DNA of 64,000 nt, taken from positions 26,385,222 through 26,449,221 of the forward strand of contig NC_061781.1 of the NCBI RefSeq assembly GCF_022458985.1, read 5' to 3'. The notes beneath the pieces are model-generated. The model saw nothing but the letters and a program-made list of their open reading frames with translations, made no database searches and had not been told where the DNA came from. Made by a program: the position numbers and the translations under genes. The stretch's first letter is position 1. Each line of letters opens with the position of its first letter. This DNA is from Mugil cephalus. Lineage: Eukaryota. Positions 1-12,700 of the stretch are shown piece after piece.

Positions 1-494
1 CAGCACTGGAGAAATCAAAGAACATGATCCTCACAGTGCCCTTCCCATCATCCAGGTGAGAATGAACCTGCTGCAGCAGGTAGTTTACAGCATCATGCAC
101 ACCAACATGAGGCTGATACACGAACTGAAGAGGGTTCAAGACAGGAGCCACCAGGGGTCTCAGCTGAGGCAGGACGAGTCTCTTCAGGACTTTCATGACG
201 TTTGACGTTAGGTGCTCCAGTGTTTGTTAGGATAACAGTGGACAATCCTAGCAGGGATTACTGTGTCTTCACAGAAATTTATATACTCAGTGATACAGTC
301 CTTCATGCTATCTGTATCATTCCAAGGGGCTGGCAGAGCACATCCCAGTTGGTGGTCTCGAAGCAATCCTGCAGAACTTCACTAGCCTCCAGACTCCACG
401 TCCTAACTGTCCATTTGGGGACATGCTGCCTCTTTACTGCAGGAGCATAGTCAGGTGACAACAGGACCAGGTTGTGATCAGAGGTCTGCTTCAT
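1..494 (-). mobile_element. Non-LTR retrotransposon (LINE, CR1/L2/jockey-like) ORF2 fragment, truncated by the left window edge
   Basis: Minus-strand translation of 200..1 reads VMKVLKRLVLPQL...FVYQPHVGVHDAV...GTVRIMFFDFSSA, which are RT motifs. ORF 494..303 (...VRTWSLEASEVLQDCFETTNWDVLC) is the EN-RT linker motif also seen at 24037..24759. There are frame breaks between the two pieces. Confidence 0.6.
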
Positions 495-1484
495 AAAGCA
501 GGTTTAGTGAAAACTCTAAGTTTATTAACCCTGAAATGAGGGAAAGTCTGAGTTTTCCGTTTCACAAAGGGAGGTAACTGAAACCAGAGAAAGCGGGGTA
601 ACTCTAGCCTGTTTCACAGAGAGAGCTAACTTAATCTCTCAGTCAGTTACCGTAGTAACAGACTGAACCTAACCGGGTTGGGACTAGGTTTTTCCTCATT
701 GAACCTCTGTCTCCGCCCTCTTTCAGCCACACACGCCATTTGATTTTCTCTTTCATTAATTCAGTCAACAAGCGAGTTTTGCCGTAGCCTTGTTCTGCCG
801 TCTGTCAGTAGCTATATCAAGTCCATTAGGACCAGTAGGAGGCGTCATTTTTCATGAACATCACGTGTACTTTTGACAATGATCCTGTGGATGAAGGTGC
901 AGCATTACTGTGCAGAGCATTAAATATTCATTGGGAGATAGTTATCAGACTGCGCATTGATGTTTTAGCATTTCCAGACAATTATCTTTTTGAGCGGTAC
1001 CATCAGTGTACCACTATGTTGGGACAAAAGAAAAAAATACATAAAAGACAAACAAATATTTGTATGAATGAGCTTTAAAAAAGATACCTATAGGCCTATT
1101 ACATTTTATAAAGGCACTTGTGTCTTGGGGGGTGGACTCAGAGGGTGGGCTCCGTCCAGGGATTCCCTCAGCCACTGGCCTTCCAATATTGTGGCTTAGG
1201 GCTCCTCTGCCTCCCTTACAGGTGGAGGTGCCGGGGCACCACTAATCAGTTCTAATCAATTCACTGGCAAGAGTTTTCTTTTTGTCATGAAGTCTACATT
1301 TAAATATAATTCCTTGTGTTAGAAAGATGACAAAGTTCAGCTCCTTGATTATTATGTCACTGACCAGATTCTGTTTGTTGTTTTTATTCTTTGGTCGAAT
1401 TGGTGAAGAGGGGAGGAGCAGGAATAATCAGGTTTAAGATGGAGAATGTTGATCAGAAAGTTGCCATAGTGTCTTTGTCCCTCA

Positions 1485-1940
1485 GTGATTATGGAGATCC
1501 TGCATGAAGCTGAACTCTGCTTTCCACTCCTCCTCAACACCTCCTGCAGGAAGACGCTGAGGCACCAGACACAAATCATCCTTTACATCCTGCTGTCCTG
1601 CATCTCTCTGCTCACTGTGTTCCTCAACCTGCTGGTCATCATCTCCATCTCACACTTTAGGTATAAAATACAAACTCACCATAACCTACAACTATTTTTC
1701 TTTCTCCTTCTTCACAGAGCTTTAATGAATGGGCTCGGGGACAATAGAGATGTGGTGCAATATTAAAATTGATTTACAGTTGTTCTTTAACAGAATACAA
1801 CTCCTGACATCTTCTACATGTTCCTGTTGTAACTTGGATATATTTTATATATTTGACTGTTCATTATGTTGCATGTGGTACTTTCATGATTTTAACAATT
1901 GATGCATGTGATGTATGAATATAATATATCTTATGATATT

Positions 1941-2019
<79 letters not shown>

Positions 2020-2840
2020 GGCAGCTCCACACCCCCACCAACCTCTTCCTCCTCTCTCTGGCTGTCTCAGACTTCCTCGTTGGTCTCCTCCTGATGCCGA
2101 TTCAAATCCTCCTTTTAGAGGGCTGCTGGGTTTTGGGAACTTTCTTATGTGGACTGTCTTACTACACCTCTTTTATCCTTACATCCGCCTCCGTAGGAAA
2201 CATGGTGCTGGTATCAGTTGACCGATATGTAGCTATCTGTGACCCATTGTGTTACCCCACCAAAGTCACTCAAAGCAGAGTTCAGATCTGTGTTTGTCTG
2301 TGTTGGATCTGCTCTGTGTTCTACAACAGTGTGATACTGAAAGACTTTCTGAAAGATCCAGACAGATATGCTTCATGTTATGGAGAGTGTGTAATTGTAA
2401 TTGACTTCATAACAGGAGCTTTTGATATTGTATTGACCTTTGTTTGCCCTATAGCTGTCATCATAGTTCTGTATCTGAGAGTGTTTGTGGTGGCTGTGTC
2501 TCAGGCTCGAGCCATGAGGTCTCATATTGCAGCTGTCACTCTACAGGGTTCAGGTCATGTAACTGCAAAGAAGTCTGAGAGAAAAGCAGCTACAGCTATT
2601 GGTGTTGTAGTGGTTGTCTTTCTGGTCTGTTTCTGTCCTTATTTTTCTCCTTCTCTCGCAGGACAAAACATTTCAACCAGCGTGGAGTTTTCTGTCTTTG
2701 GGTTGTGGTTACTTTATTGTAACTCTTGTCTTAATCCACTGATCTATGCTTTTTTCTACCCCTGGTTTCGGAGATCTGTTAAGCTCATTATTACACTTCA
2801 GATACTACAGCCTTACTCCTGTGATGCCAACATACTCTAG
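1485..2840 (+). CDS. Trace amine-associated receptor (TAAR, olfactory class-A GPCR), subfamily A. Two exons join(1485..1660,2021..2840), about 331 aa
   Basis: Exon 1 encodes MIMEILHEAELCFPLLLNTSCRK...NLLVIISISHF (N-terminal NxS/T-Cys plus TM1) and ends AG|GTATAA. The acceptor is ttcttccag|GCAGCTCC, and phase 2 rebuilds Arg before QLHTPTNLFLLSLAVSD (TM2). It has DRY (SVDRYVAICDPL), the ICL3 motif SQARAMRS, and the TAAR TM7 fingerprint NSCLNPLIYAFFYPWFRRS. Position 3.32 is Ser and 5.42 is Asp. The intron contains a (TTTC)n microsatellite. Confidence 0.85.
1938..2016. repeat. (TTTC)n microsatellite inside the TAAR-A intron
   Basis: About 19 perfect TTTC units, read directly. They are translated in the ORF track as FFLSFFLS. 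Confidence 0.95.
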
Positions 2841-5800
2841 AGATGTCTGAGGAGAGACTGGAGGGACAGAAGTAGTTGCTGTTACTGCTATTTCTTCATT
2901 ACTCTACGAAATACTGTGATAACTGAAGCCATGCATATTTTAATCCCAGTTGAGACAAGAAGTCATATTAATATTATATTATCAGTTGCGCAAACTTGAA
3001 TAAATAAGTTGATTCTACATTAACAAAATGTCTTTTTTGCTTAATCATTTTTCTGTTTTAGATAAAACTGCAATATATGAAAGTTTCTCTGACAAAAATG
3101 TGTCTGAAAGAGTGGATCATTGAAGTCTGTCTAAGTCTTAGTCTCATTTAATCAGACATGTCCAAGACATCAATCAGCATTTACTCTCTTTATAACACTA
3201 TGACTGAGAAAGGATGTACCCGAGATGACAAATTTAGAGGGGAAGTGATGCACATGATAACGTAGCACTGTAAAACAAAAGTTCACCTGCTGACCTAAAA
3301 ATGTGAGTGAGCTTAACCAGAAGAAAATCTCTGTATCACTTCAAAAAGCTAAATTATAACTAATGACCATGTGCTCGTTTCAGCTTGATATTATGAGTTA
3401 ATACAACTTATTGGTTTCATTATCCACTAATTTTACCTTGTCAAATGAACTTACAAAATCCCTCAGTATTTCTACTCAAGATCACTTTAACTAAATTCAC
3501 ATAAAATTTCTCATCTTGATGTAACCGGTGGTAAATAAACCCAGATGTTATTCTACACTGCAATGTAAGATCATAATGTGTTCTTATCTTATTTTCTTAT
3601 TTTTCTCTTTTTCTATGTAACGCTTGTAATCTTACCATCCAGAAATGTGCACAGTAACTTTTTGGTCATAGGGTGGCAGCACTGAGCCCAGTTAGGTTTT
3701 ATTGCGAAGTGCATTTTGGGTTATTGTTGTTTTTCCTTCTGCTAGATGTGGGCCTGAGAGTTGCAAAGTGTGTAACGGACACTCTGTTGCTTAAATCAAA
3801 AGGTAGAAAATGCACACACAAACATGTTGGAAAATATTGTTCACTGGGACTTACTTGCTTGCGAAGCGTCAACCACGGTTAGCAGCTAATTTCGGTACTA
3901 GGTGAGGAAAACTCAAATACTTGGGACGACAGTTGGTGTAAGTGTCTGCTTTGGTATACTGTACATTTCAAATTGTGTTTGTTGTTCTGTGTGATTAGTT
4001 CCTTGTATTTTGGGACATTTTGTGTTTATTTTTTTTTATTTCTTTTCAAATATCAAAACTGAGAACAGTGCTCACATTGTTGGGTTGCTCCACCCTGGCC
4101 GTCCTATCGCAGGGCTAACACAGAGACAAACAACCATTCAAACTCACACCTATCAATCTAGAGTCACCAATCAGCCTAACGAGCATGTCTTTGGAGGTGG
4201 GAGGAAACTGGAGTACCTGCAGAAAACCAACGTGGACACAGGGAGAACCCGGAACTTCTCGCTGGGAGGCATCAGCACTGACCACCAAGTTCATTGTATA
4301 TATCTATTATTATTTTTATTATTATTGTTTTATTCTGAAAGTCTAATGTATGTTGTACATTTTTTTCAAATTTTTCCCGCTTTTATTGTTATGCTTATGT
4401 CAAATTTAACATTTCTTTTATTTAGACAGTTTATAGAAGGTTATGGTTTGATTAACCAAAGACATCCACTTTGAGATTCTTTCATGGCAGAAAAATGGCT
4501 TCAAAGAGTGCACCTTATCTGCCTGTGTATCTTGTGTTTTTTAAGTGTCCTTGTCCTTGTTCTGTGTTTTTATTTTTGCTCTTATTTTTCTACCTCAGTA
4601 TTTTATTCTATTGTATTTAAATACCGGACTGCTACGACGACTTAATTTCCCTTCGGGGATGAATAAAATAATCTACCTACCCACCTACCTACCGATCGAC
4701 ACTTTCCACTGAAAAGAGCCAGGTCGTATTAGTTAATAAAACACAGGTCTACTGAAGGGGAGGCCTTTGAACTCCACATCCTTGGGCCTCTCCAGTGGAA
4801 CCAGCTCTAAGTTTTGATAAAGCTTCCAGTAAGATCTGGTTCAGAAAACCCAGAGCCTTCCCTTTGTGATGCTGCTGCTGGGAGAGTTCCCATGATGCAC
4901 TGAGCTCCTCTCCTCTCCCCTCTCTCACTCCACATGTTGCCTCTTTCTCCACCTCCATCTTCTGCCCTTCACCTTTCTCAGAGACTCCGGCCACTAGAGC
5001 CCCCCCCAAAAGGAACTAACAAAGAATGTTAATTCATTTCATTTGTTTATTTATTCTTCTGTATGATCACATATTGTTGTACAAAACACAATTTTATGTC
5101 AACATAGTGCTGTTGCTGATGAAAGCCTAACCATTATGTCAAAGCTCCGCTGCACCAGTAATGTTGTGGCTGCGCATCCAAAGCGCAGTTAGTTGAAGGC
5201 AAAACAATTTTACAAAGAAGGACATGTCCTTCAGGGCATAGGTAATAAAGAGGAAGAGGAGAAAAGGCCAAGATAAAGGTTTGTTTGCATATCTTGGTGA
5301 TGGAATGTTTATCAAAGAGATTTGTGTAGCTGTTGATAGGAAATTAGTTAGTTGGTTAAAAACTAGAGAAATATATCTTTTACCTGACGGGTTAAACGTT
5401 TGTATTTGTGTGATACTGAGATTTAACTGTGGTTGAGTTGATTGTCGGGGTTGGCCCTATGCATTTACGCTTTTTTGTCTTTAAAACACAGTTTTTGCTG
5501 ATGTTTGACTGTGAACATTAGTAGTTTGAGATGTTGTTTGCTGCTGGTAATTTATGTAAGTAAAGTAAACATATACTTTTTACATCAACTCATAAGTTAT
5601 GTGAAACTTGCCCAGGAGCACTGTTAAAGTACCTCGGAGGCAGAGACTCAGCCCAGTACCAGTCCATCCTCAGGCTCAACTGTGGGTATCAGGGAAAGAC
5701 TGTCACCACATTCATTACACATTTAATTTCTACATATAAGAAGAATTACACCCAAACAGTAATTGATTTAGTCAATTACCTCTTTAATGTGTGTGTATGT

Positions 5801-7466
5801 TTTTCATCTTCCGTCTCCGTCCTCTACAGAGCTCTGTCTCTCACCCCTATCCTCTGTGTCCACTGTCCCTTGTATTGTCCACTGTGTCCACTGATGGGTA
5901 GCTCTACAGAGAGTCTCCACTCTCCCTGTGACTGTTGCCTCTGCTCTGCTCTTCAATTAATAAAGAACTACTTGAGATCTTCTGTAGCACAAGAAAGACT
6001 GAGCGGACCAGCAGTAATTCGTACTAACAACAAAGTTGGCCATCAGATTTCTTACAATGACAAATGATTTTGTCTCCAGAATAGTCAGGAAGCTCAGGTT
6101 GTAACGGGCAGGTGGAGTGTTAAAGATAAAACAGAGACACATAGAAAAAAGTCAAATGTGTGGATTGAGGTAGTTAATTTAGATTTTTCTTCTACTGAAC
6201 TTTTGCTCATAATTACATACATTTATATAGTTTTAAAACCTAATTACTCAACTTAATATTTTGTTACCTTGTTTCAGATAACTGTTCATTTATGCCATTA
6301 TTTTAGTATTTGCATGATATTTAATTCTATCTGTTTTGTACAGTTGAGTTTGTTATTATTATTCTTTTTTATTATATCTAAGTGATTTTATTTGTGGTCG
6401 CAGTTTATTGTTCTTGTCCTATAAATTATTTTCCCACATTGCTATTGCAGTTTTTGAATACAAAAATAATGAACCAAAAAATGAACTGAAATAATCCCTG
6501 TGTCCCTATCATTCAAAGATGATGCTTTTTTTTTTTTTTTGCTTCTTAGGTCCTACTCATCCCAAATACCTAAAGATCTTAATCTTTCCAAACAAATGCT
6601 TGGGTCTCAGAGAGTTAAAGGTTAATTTTCCAAACCTGGCCGTACTACCATAAAAAAACAACAGCAAAAATGAACATTCACATGGGAAACTCCATGTCAA
6701 ACTCCTCTGAAAGAAAAGTCACGGCACAGAGATGCAGGTGGAAAACAAAGTCTGAAATCATCACATTTCAATTTCATAAGTGATAGAAAAGAGTTGTTTT
6801 CAGCCACAGCATCAGTCTCTCTGTACGGGTAGAAGGCCTTAGAGGAACCAGGCTGCAGTATATGGAGTGCAAGGAGAGGGAAGATGTGTTTAGTAGTTTG
6901 GATAATGGTGTATAGACAGGAGTCAAATCTGACACAGTAATATGGAAGGGGGCACAGCAGGATAAGAGGTCAGATGAGGGGAAATTGTTTTCAGGCACTA
7001 CAGAAAAACAGATTTATAAAATAAAATAATTTCCTTTCTCATGTGGATTTGTGTCTCAGTTGGAAACAGATTTTTTCCACAGATTCATCAAGACGTTCAA
7101 GTAAACCTGATCCTAGATTTAACGACACAGACTGCACACTTTACCTTTCATATCTCGGCTGCAGGAGCTGAACAGCAAGTAAGTGCTGAATTGAAACCTT
7201 TTAAAGCGGAGACAGAGAAAGATTATAGTGTTTAGGTCAAATACAGCAGTCGCATTTGGACGAGTAATGTGGACCGGTGAATACGAGCTCTGGTCTCAGA
7301 CGAGGGAAAACTACATTCAAGTGCTACTGCACAATAGATATACTAATAAAATCATTTTGATTGTATGACTTTACTCCATATTAATCAAGATGTTAAGATA
7401 CATGCAGCATTCAAGTAAACAATAACTTGAACCTAGAGCTCAGGGGCACAGACATGTACATTTTAC

Positions 7467-8602
7467 CTATTTCGAGTCAGTAAATAGTTTCATGTCACGG
7501 GAGCCAGGCTTCAGGATCTGAAGTGACAGAATGAGCTTAATGGATTTCCTGAACCATGGGTAGAAGAAGGCATAAATGACAGGATTCAGACAGGAGTTGA
7601 AATGAGCTAACCAGATCTCAAAAGCTGCAGACGACGCATCTATGGAGGTGTCCTCCCCTGCCAGAGTGGGGAAATAATAAGGACAGAAGCAGAACAAAAA
7701 CACCACTACAACGATGCCGAGGGTCCCGGCTGCCTTCATCTCTGTCTTCTTCACAGTTACCGTCCCCCGTTGCTGGGCAGCCACATGAAAGCGGATGCTT
7801 CGAGCCTGAGACATGGCCACCACAAACACTCTAAGGTACAGGACTATGATGACAGTGATGGGTATGATGAAAGTGAAAACAAGGTCAATCATCCCTGCAA
7901 TGTAACTGATGATCACCACGCACTCTCCAAAGCAGGAGTTAGAGCTGCTTGGATTCATCAGTTGATCGTGCAGTAGGATAACCCTGTAAAAAACAGAGCA
8001 GACCCAACTCAAGCAGACGTAGATCTTTGCTTTTTCTATTGTGACTTTGGTGGGGTAACGCAGAGGGTCACAGATAGCTATGTACCGATCAAGAGAAATG
8101 AGAACCATGTTGGCTACTGAGGCAGAGGTAATGATGTAGTCAACAACATAATAGAGAGTGCAAATGATGTCTCCGAGGAACCAGCAGGACTCAATGTAGA
8201 TGATTTCCACAGGCATCAGCAGGAGACCGACGAGGAGGTCGGAGACAGCCAGAGAGAGGAGGAGGAGGTTGGTGGGGGTGTGGAGCTGCCTGCAGACGGA
8301 GAAAACCATCAACACACATCCATACAGCAAGACACTGAAACAAGCTGTTCTTGAAACGGCCCACAGAGTCAAAGAAACGAGCACAGAATAATTCCAGCAG
8401 ACCATTGAAGGATTTTAGATCAGTGCCTGAAGTGGGAGATGGAGACGATGATGAGAAGGTTGAGAGCCACAGTGATGAACGAGATGGTTGAGAGCAAGAC
8501 ATAGATGAGCATGGCCTCGGTGTGGGGGTGAGTGGGCTTCCTGCAGGAGGAGTTCAGCCACGGAACGCAGAACTCATGTCCCTCCGTGGTGTCCATGCTC
8601 AA
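7467..8602 (-). CDS. TAAR, subfamily B. Two exons complement(join(7467..8289,8427..8602)), about 332 aa. The donor is non-canonical GC
   Basis: Exon 1 reads MSMDTTEGHEFCVPWLNSSCRK...NLLIIVSISHF. Exon 2 starts at ctgcag|GCAGCTCCAC (R)QLHTPTNLLLLSLAVSD. It has DRY (SLDRYIAICDPLRY) and NSCLNPVIYAFFYPWFRKS. Both 3.32 and 5.42 are Asp. The only frame-preserving donor is AG|GCACTG, giving a 137 nt intron, and intron retention would put a stop right after SISHFRH. Confidence 0.72.
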
Positions 8603-8653
8603 CGTGGAGGAGGAGAAGAAGCCACAGAGCTCAGCGCGAACCCTCTTTTATGT

Positions 8654-8682
8654 TCCTCCTCCTCCTCCTCCTCCTCCTCCTC
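8654..8682. repeat. (CCT)n trinucleotide repeat
   Basis: cctcctcctcct... read directly, 5' of TAAR-B exon 1. It produces the poly-Ser ORF 8522..8710. Confidence 0.9.
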
Positions 8683-10276
8683 ATCTATCTGTCTATTATG
8701 TCTAAGTTAATTGCTGAAGCTACACAGCAGCACTTTATTCTCAGACCACTAGTGTCAGTGTTTTTGGTTCAGGGTCAAGGTTAAAATTAAGGTCACCACT
8801 GCTGATTTACATGAAATTGGGATGTTCAGGCTGTGAAGAAGAGACATCACTGAAGCAACACGACTTAGCGTCCTCGTCTGAAATTAAAAGCCTGATGAAC
8901 ATGATAACATAGTCACACAGTGAAGAAAACCTCGGTTTCACCTCAAAAAGCAAAATCAGAACTAATGGTCATTTGTTCATTTTAATTTGATACTATACAT
9001 CATTACATTACATTACATCATCCACTCATTCTGTCTTGTCAAATGAATCTCTCACTATTTCAACTCAGAATCACTTTAACTGAATTCACATGAATGGCCA
9101 TTTTAAGTTAAGAATACTATTGTTTTTGTTTCTACTTAAAATTTCTAATCTTGACAACTAGCCTAGATTTACTAGACATCTAAAGTTAGATTTTGTGAAC
9201 CTGACTGTTACTTGACAAGGTTAATAAAATAAAATAAATAAAAGTGTTTGGAATCTCACAGAACTGCACTTTAAGGTATATTTAAAAACACACCGATGGA
9301 ACAAACTCGTCTTTCCAAAGGGATTTATTGTAGCCTATACGTGTGTTTTTGTGTTTTTAAGGCATCAGTAAGGTCAGAGGTTTAGAAGATTGAAACAGCT
9401 TCTTGCCATCTATTAACCCTCAAAAGCCTAAACGGATCACAGGCATCCGTCAAAGCGGCTGATTTTGAATTATCGTAAGTCACAGTGGTTTGCGCTAAGC
9501 TAAGTGGGGGCAAGTATATGTGAGATCATCCATCTCACATATACTTGATCAGTTTAGGATCTAAGGAATTTCTGTCAGGCTGCATCCTGTTGGGGATGGC
9601 TGCTGCTGGGGTCTGGGTGTCTGGTCTGGTCTAGGTGGGTGCTACATGTCTAATTAACACCCAAACCAATGAATGCCAGTTCCAAAGGTTTCCCAGCAGG
9701 ACACTCAATAGTTACCAGATCGTCAATGTTATCATTTTTCCTGCCAGTGATTTTAATGTGGCTGATCGATGTACAATAACCGTTCAAGTCATAGAATATC
9801 AGCTGATTATTCAGTAGTCAGTGTAAACGGCAGTAATGTTATATGCTGTGTAGTACATTGACCTTATTTACCGTGACATTCCAGCATCAAGGCTGCAGAG
9901 TGTGACTATTTCAGTCAAGATGTCACTTCCTTTCTTTGGTTTGAGCAGATTCAATAACCTCAGTGTAACAAAATGTAACCATTATTTAATCCTTTGCCCA
10001 CAGTTCTGATCCCGATAAGGACTCAGTTGTTGCTGCAGGTTCTCGGGTCTCACTCTGACCTCTGCTGGTGGAGACACATAACTGATCCATAGAGCTTAGT
10101 GTTTGTGTTCACTTGACAAAAGACCCAAGACATTATTCATTCATTCATTCATTTATTCATTTATTCATTCAGTCACAGCTGGAGGGAGAGGGGGTGGGTA
10201 TTTCTACAACTTTATCCGTGTTAGTAAGGCCAAAGCAACACAAATAAATGTATTTCTATTCTACTACAGACACTCT

Positions 10277-11406
10277 CTACAATATATTGGTCTCACAGGA
10301 GCCAGGTTTCAAAATGTGAAGTGCAATAATGAGTCTGAGACATTTCCTAAACCAGGGGTAGAAAAAAGCGTAGATGACAGGGTTCAGGCAGGAGTTAAAG
10401 TACATGACAAAGACCATATAGATTTCAGTAGATGAACCAATCATTATTGTGCGGCCTGTGAGTGTGGCAGCGTAGTACGGACAGTAACAAACCAAGAACA
10501 CAGTGACAACGACCATTAGAGTCCTAGCAGCCTTCATCTCAGATCGCCGAGCTCTTACATTCTTTGATCTGCCTATTGTGACAGTGACAGTGACAACCTT
10601 GGGTCGCATGGCCCGAGCATGAGACACAGCCACCACAAATATTCTCAGATACAGCACAATGATGATAGCAATGGGAATGACGAAGCCCAGAACTAAGTCA
10701 ACATCTCCTGCAATGCCTACCAGACATTCTCCTAAGCAGGAATTATACTTTCCAGGTATCTTCATGTGATCATACAGGATGAAAACGTTAATAAAGACAG
10801 AGTAGGTCCAACATAGACACACACAGATTTTGATTTTCTTTTTAGTGATCCTGGTCGGGTAGTGCAGGGGGTCGCAAATAGCCACGTAGCGATCAACTGA
10901 GATGAGCACCATGTTTCCCACGGAGGCAGAAATGATGACAAAGGGTAGCAGGTAATAAGCAGCACACATGAGATCCCCCAGCATCCAGCACACCTGTGTC
11001 ATCAGGATTTCAACCGGCATCACCAAGAGACCCATGAAAAAGTCTGAGACCGCCAGAGAGAGAAGGAGGAAGTTAGTGGGGGTGTGCAGCTGCCTGCAGA
11101 GAGAGAACATCTTCATTGTGATAAGCAAAAACTAAAATCACATTCAAAAGACTCATTTAACAACCAGGAGTTAATTGTCACAGCACAAAACCACTTCCTT
11201 CTAAAAGTCTAACAGAATCAGAGAAAACAGAGATGTTTGTGCCTGAAGTGGGAGATGGAGATGATGACCAGCAGGTTGAGAGCTGCTGTCAGCGCAGACA
11301 CGACGTACAGCAGGAGGTAAGCAAGCATAGTCTCAGGCTGAGGAGGATCTGGTCTCCTGCAGGAGGCATTGGGCAGTTGTGGAAAGCAGAGCCGGATTCC
11401 CTCCAT
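10277..11406 (-). CDS. TAAR, subfamily C. Two exons complement(join(10277..11093,11243..11406)), about 326 aa if started at MEGIRLCF, or start at 11454 if MIQWF is used. GC donor
   Basis: Exon 1 reads MEGIRLCFPQLPNASCRRPDPPQPETMLAYLLL...NLLVIISISHF, with donor AG|GCACAA. The acceptor is ctctctgcag|GCAGCTGCAC (R)QLHTPTNFLLLSLAVSD. It has DRY (SVDRYVAICDPLHY) and NSCLNPVIYAFFYPWFRKC. Position 3.32 is Pro and 5.42 is Asp. Confidence 0.72.
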
Positions 11407-11641
11407 TTCCTTCACCACAGAGACAGAAAGCAGGGAGCTGAACCACTGGATCACACAGCATTTATCTTTCTTTTATCATCACTCCCTGTTCCTGTCCCTT
11501 GGGCGCTCCCCCTTCCCTCGGTCTGTGCATCCTACTCATCATCTTCATCACTTTGTCTTGAGTTTATTCTTTGTCGTGAAACATGACATTTAAATCTAAT
11601 CACACGGAAGAAGACAAACCAAGAATAAAGAAAAAAATGTT

Positions 11642-11824
11642 TTGAAACAGCCAAGAAAAGATCCTGACTTTAATCCAATAGAAATGTTGTGGAAGAACCT
11701 GAACATCAGTTCAGGAGAGGAAACCACCAACATCTCAGAGGTGAAGTGGTTCTGTTCTGAGGAATGGGATCAGATTCCTCCAAGCTGCTGTAGACAATCA
11801 TCAGCTGTTACCACAAACATTTAG
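11642..11824 (+). mobile_element. Tc1/mariner-like transposase C-terminal fragment
   Basis: DFNPIEMLWKNL...EVKWFCSEEWDQIPPSCC is the classic C-terminus of Tc1-like transposases. Confidence 0.6.
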
Positions 11825-12117
11825 TTACAAGGAGCTCACAGTGCACACTGGACACAAGGCTTCACTTATTTTTGCAAGTATAATATTTTGCTTTATTTTG
11901 TTTGATTGGGTTCTTGTTTACTTTCAGGAGTTGTGCGAAACCCTACTAATGTTTTGACTTATTTTTAATGCAGAATACAGTAGCAATCCAAACCTACATT
12001 TATACTGGCAGAAAGGCCACGTTTTTGACTTAGAAAAAAAAGAGAGATTGGCTTTCCAGTCTTATTACACTGATGTTTAAAGACTTAACCCTCATTAGGA
12101 CCACCTGAGAATGTCCT

Positions 12118-12700
12118 GTGGTATCTGGCAACAGAATGTTGTTAGTGGGGGCCTTTGAAGGGAGGGGCCTCTGTGGATCATCCCACAGATACTTGCTCAG
12201 TTTGGGATCTAGTGCATTTGGAGGCCAGGTCAACACAGACAGAGCTTCAACCGCATCCTGCTGTCGGTGGGTACAAGTTGCAGTCACAAGGTCACTGGTG
12301 CTGGTCACTGCGGTAATACCCGGACCCACTGGTGGACACTGAGGGTGAGGCGAGCCATCAAGCTGAAGAAGGAGGCCTACAGGGCATGGTTGGTCTGTGG
12401 GTCTTCGGAAGCAGCTGACCGGTACCAGATGGCTAAGCAGTCTGCAGCCAGGGCAGTGGCTGAGGCAAAAATTTGAGCGCGTGAGGAGTTTGGTGAGGTA
12501 ATGGAAGACTATTGAATTGTGAATAGTTCATCTAGGTAGGAGTGGACAACTGGAGGAGGCCATGACGACTGGGACAGATGAAGTTTATGAAGCTCCACAG
12601 GTTTGAGACACAGCACTCCAGACCATGAAGACTGGGCTGGTTGATGAGGCCACAGCAGCAAATGTTGCTTTGGACTCCGCAGGTCAGATATTCAGCACTC
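12118..12700 (+). mobile_element. LINE ORF2 fragment (linker motif)
   Basis: ...RRAIKLKKEAYRAWLVCGSSEAADRYQMAKQSAARAVAEAKI.. is a motif recurrent in fish LINE ORF2. Similar fragments occur at 52848..53084(-) and 54960..55060(+). Confidence 0.45.

Noticed and set aside
1439-1483. Upstream ATG (uORF atggagaatgttgatcagaaagttgccatagtgtctttgtccctcagtgattatggagatcctgcatga) overlapping the TAAR-A start
   Set aside because: It is in a different frame and terminates at 1509 after 23 codons (TGA at 1508..1510). It could be a regulatory uORF only if the TSS lies upstream, which cannot be judged from sequence.
1899-2020. The N-terminal extension of ORF 1899..2840 (MMHVMYEYNISYDISFFLSFFLS...), and the similar MFLSSFS/MVCWNYS.../MLITMKMFSLC extensions on the other exon-2 ORFs
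   Set aside because: These are translations of intronic sequence upstream of the real acceptor, including the (TTTC)n microsatellite. The real protein begins on the separate exon 1.
4010-5009. ORFs 4010..4474 and 4749..5009 in the TAAR-A/B intergenic region
   Set aside because: They are low complexity (poly-F/L/P/E), have no recognisable domain, and sit in AT-rich or CT-rich intergenic sequence. They are probably spurious.
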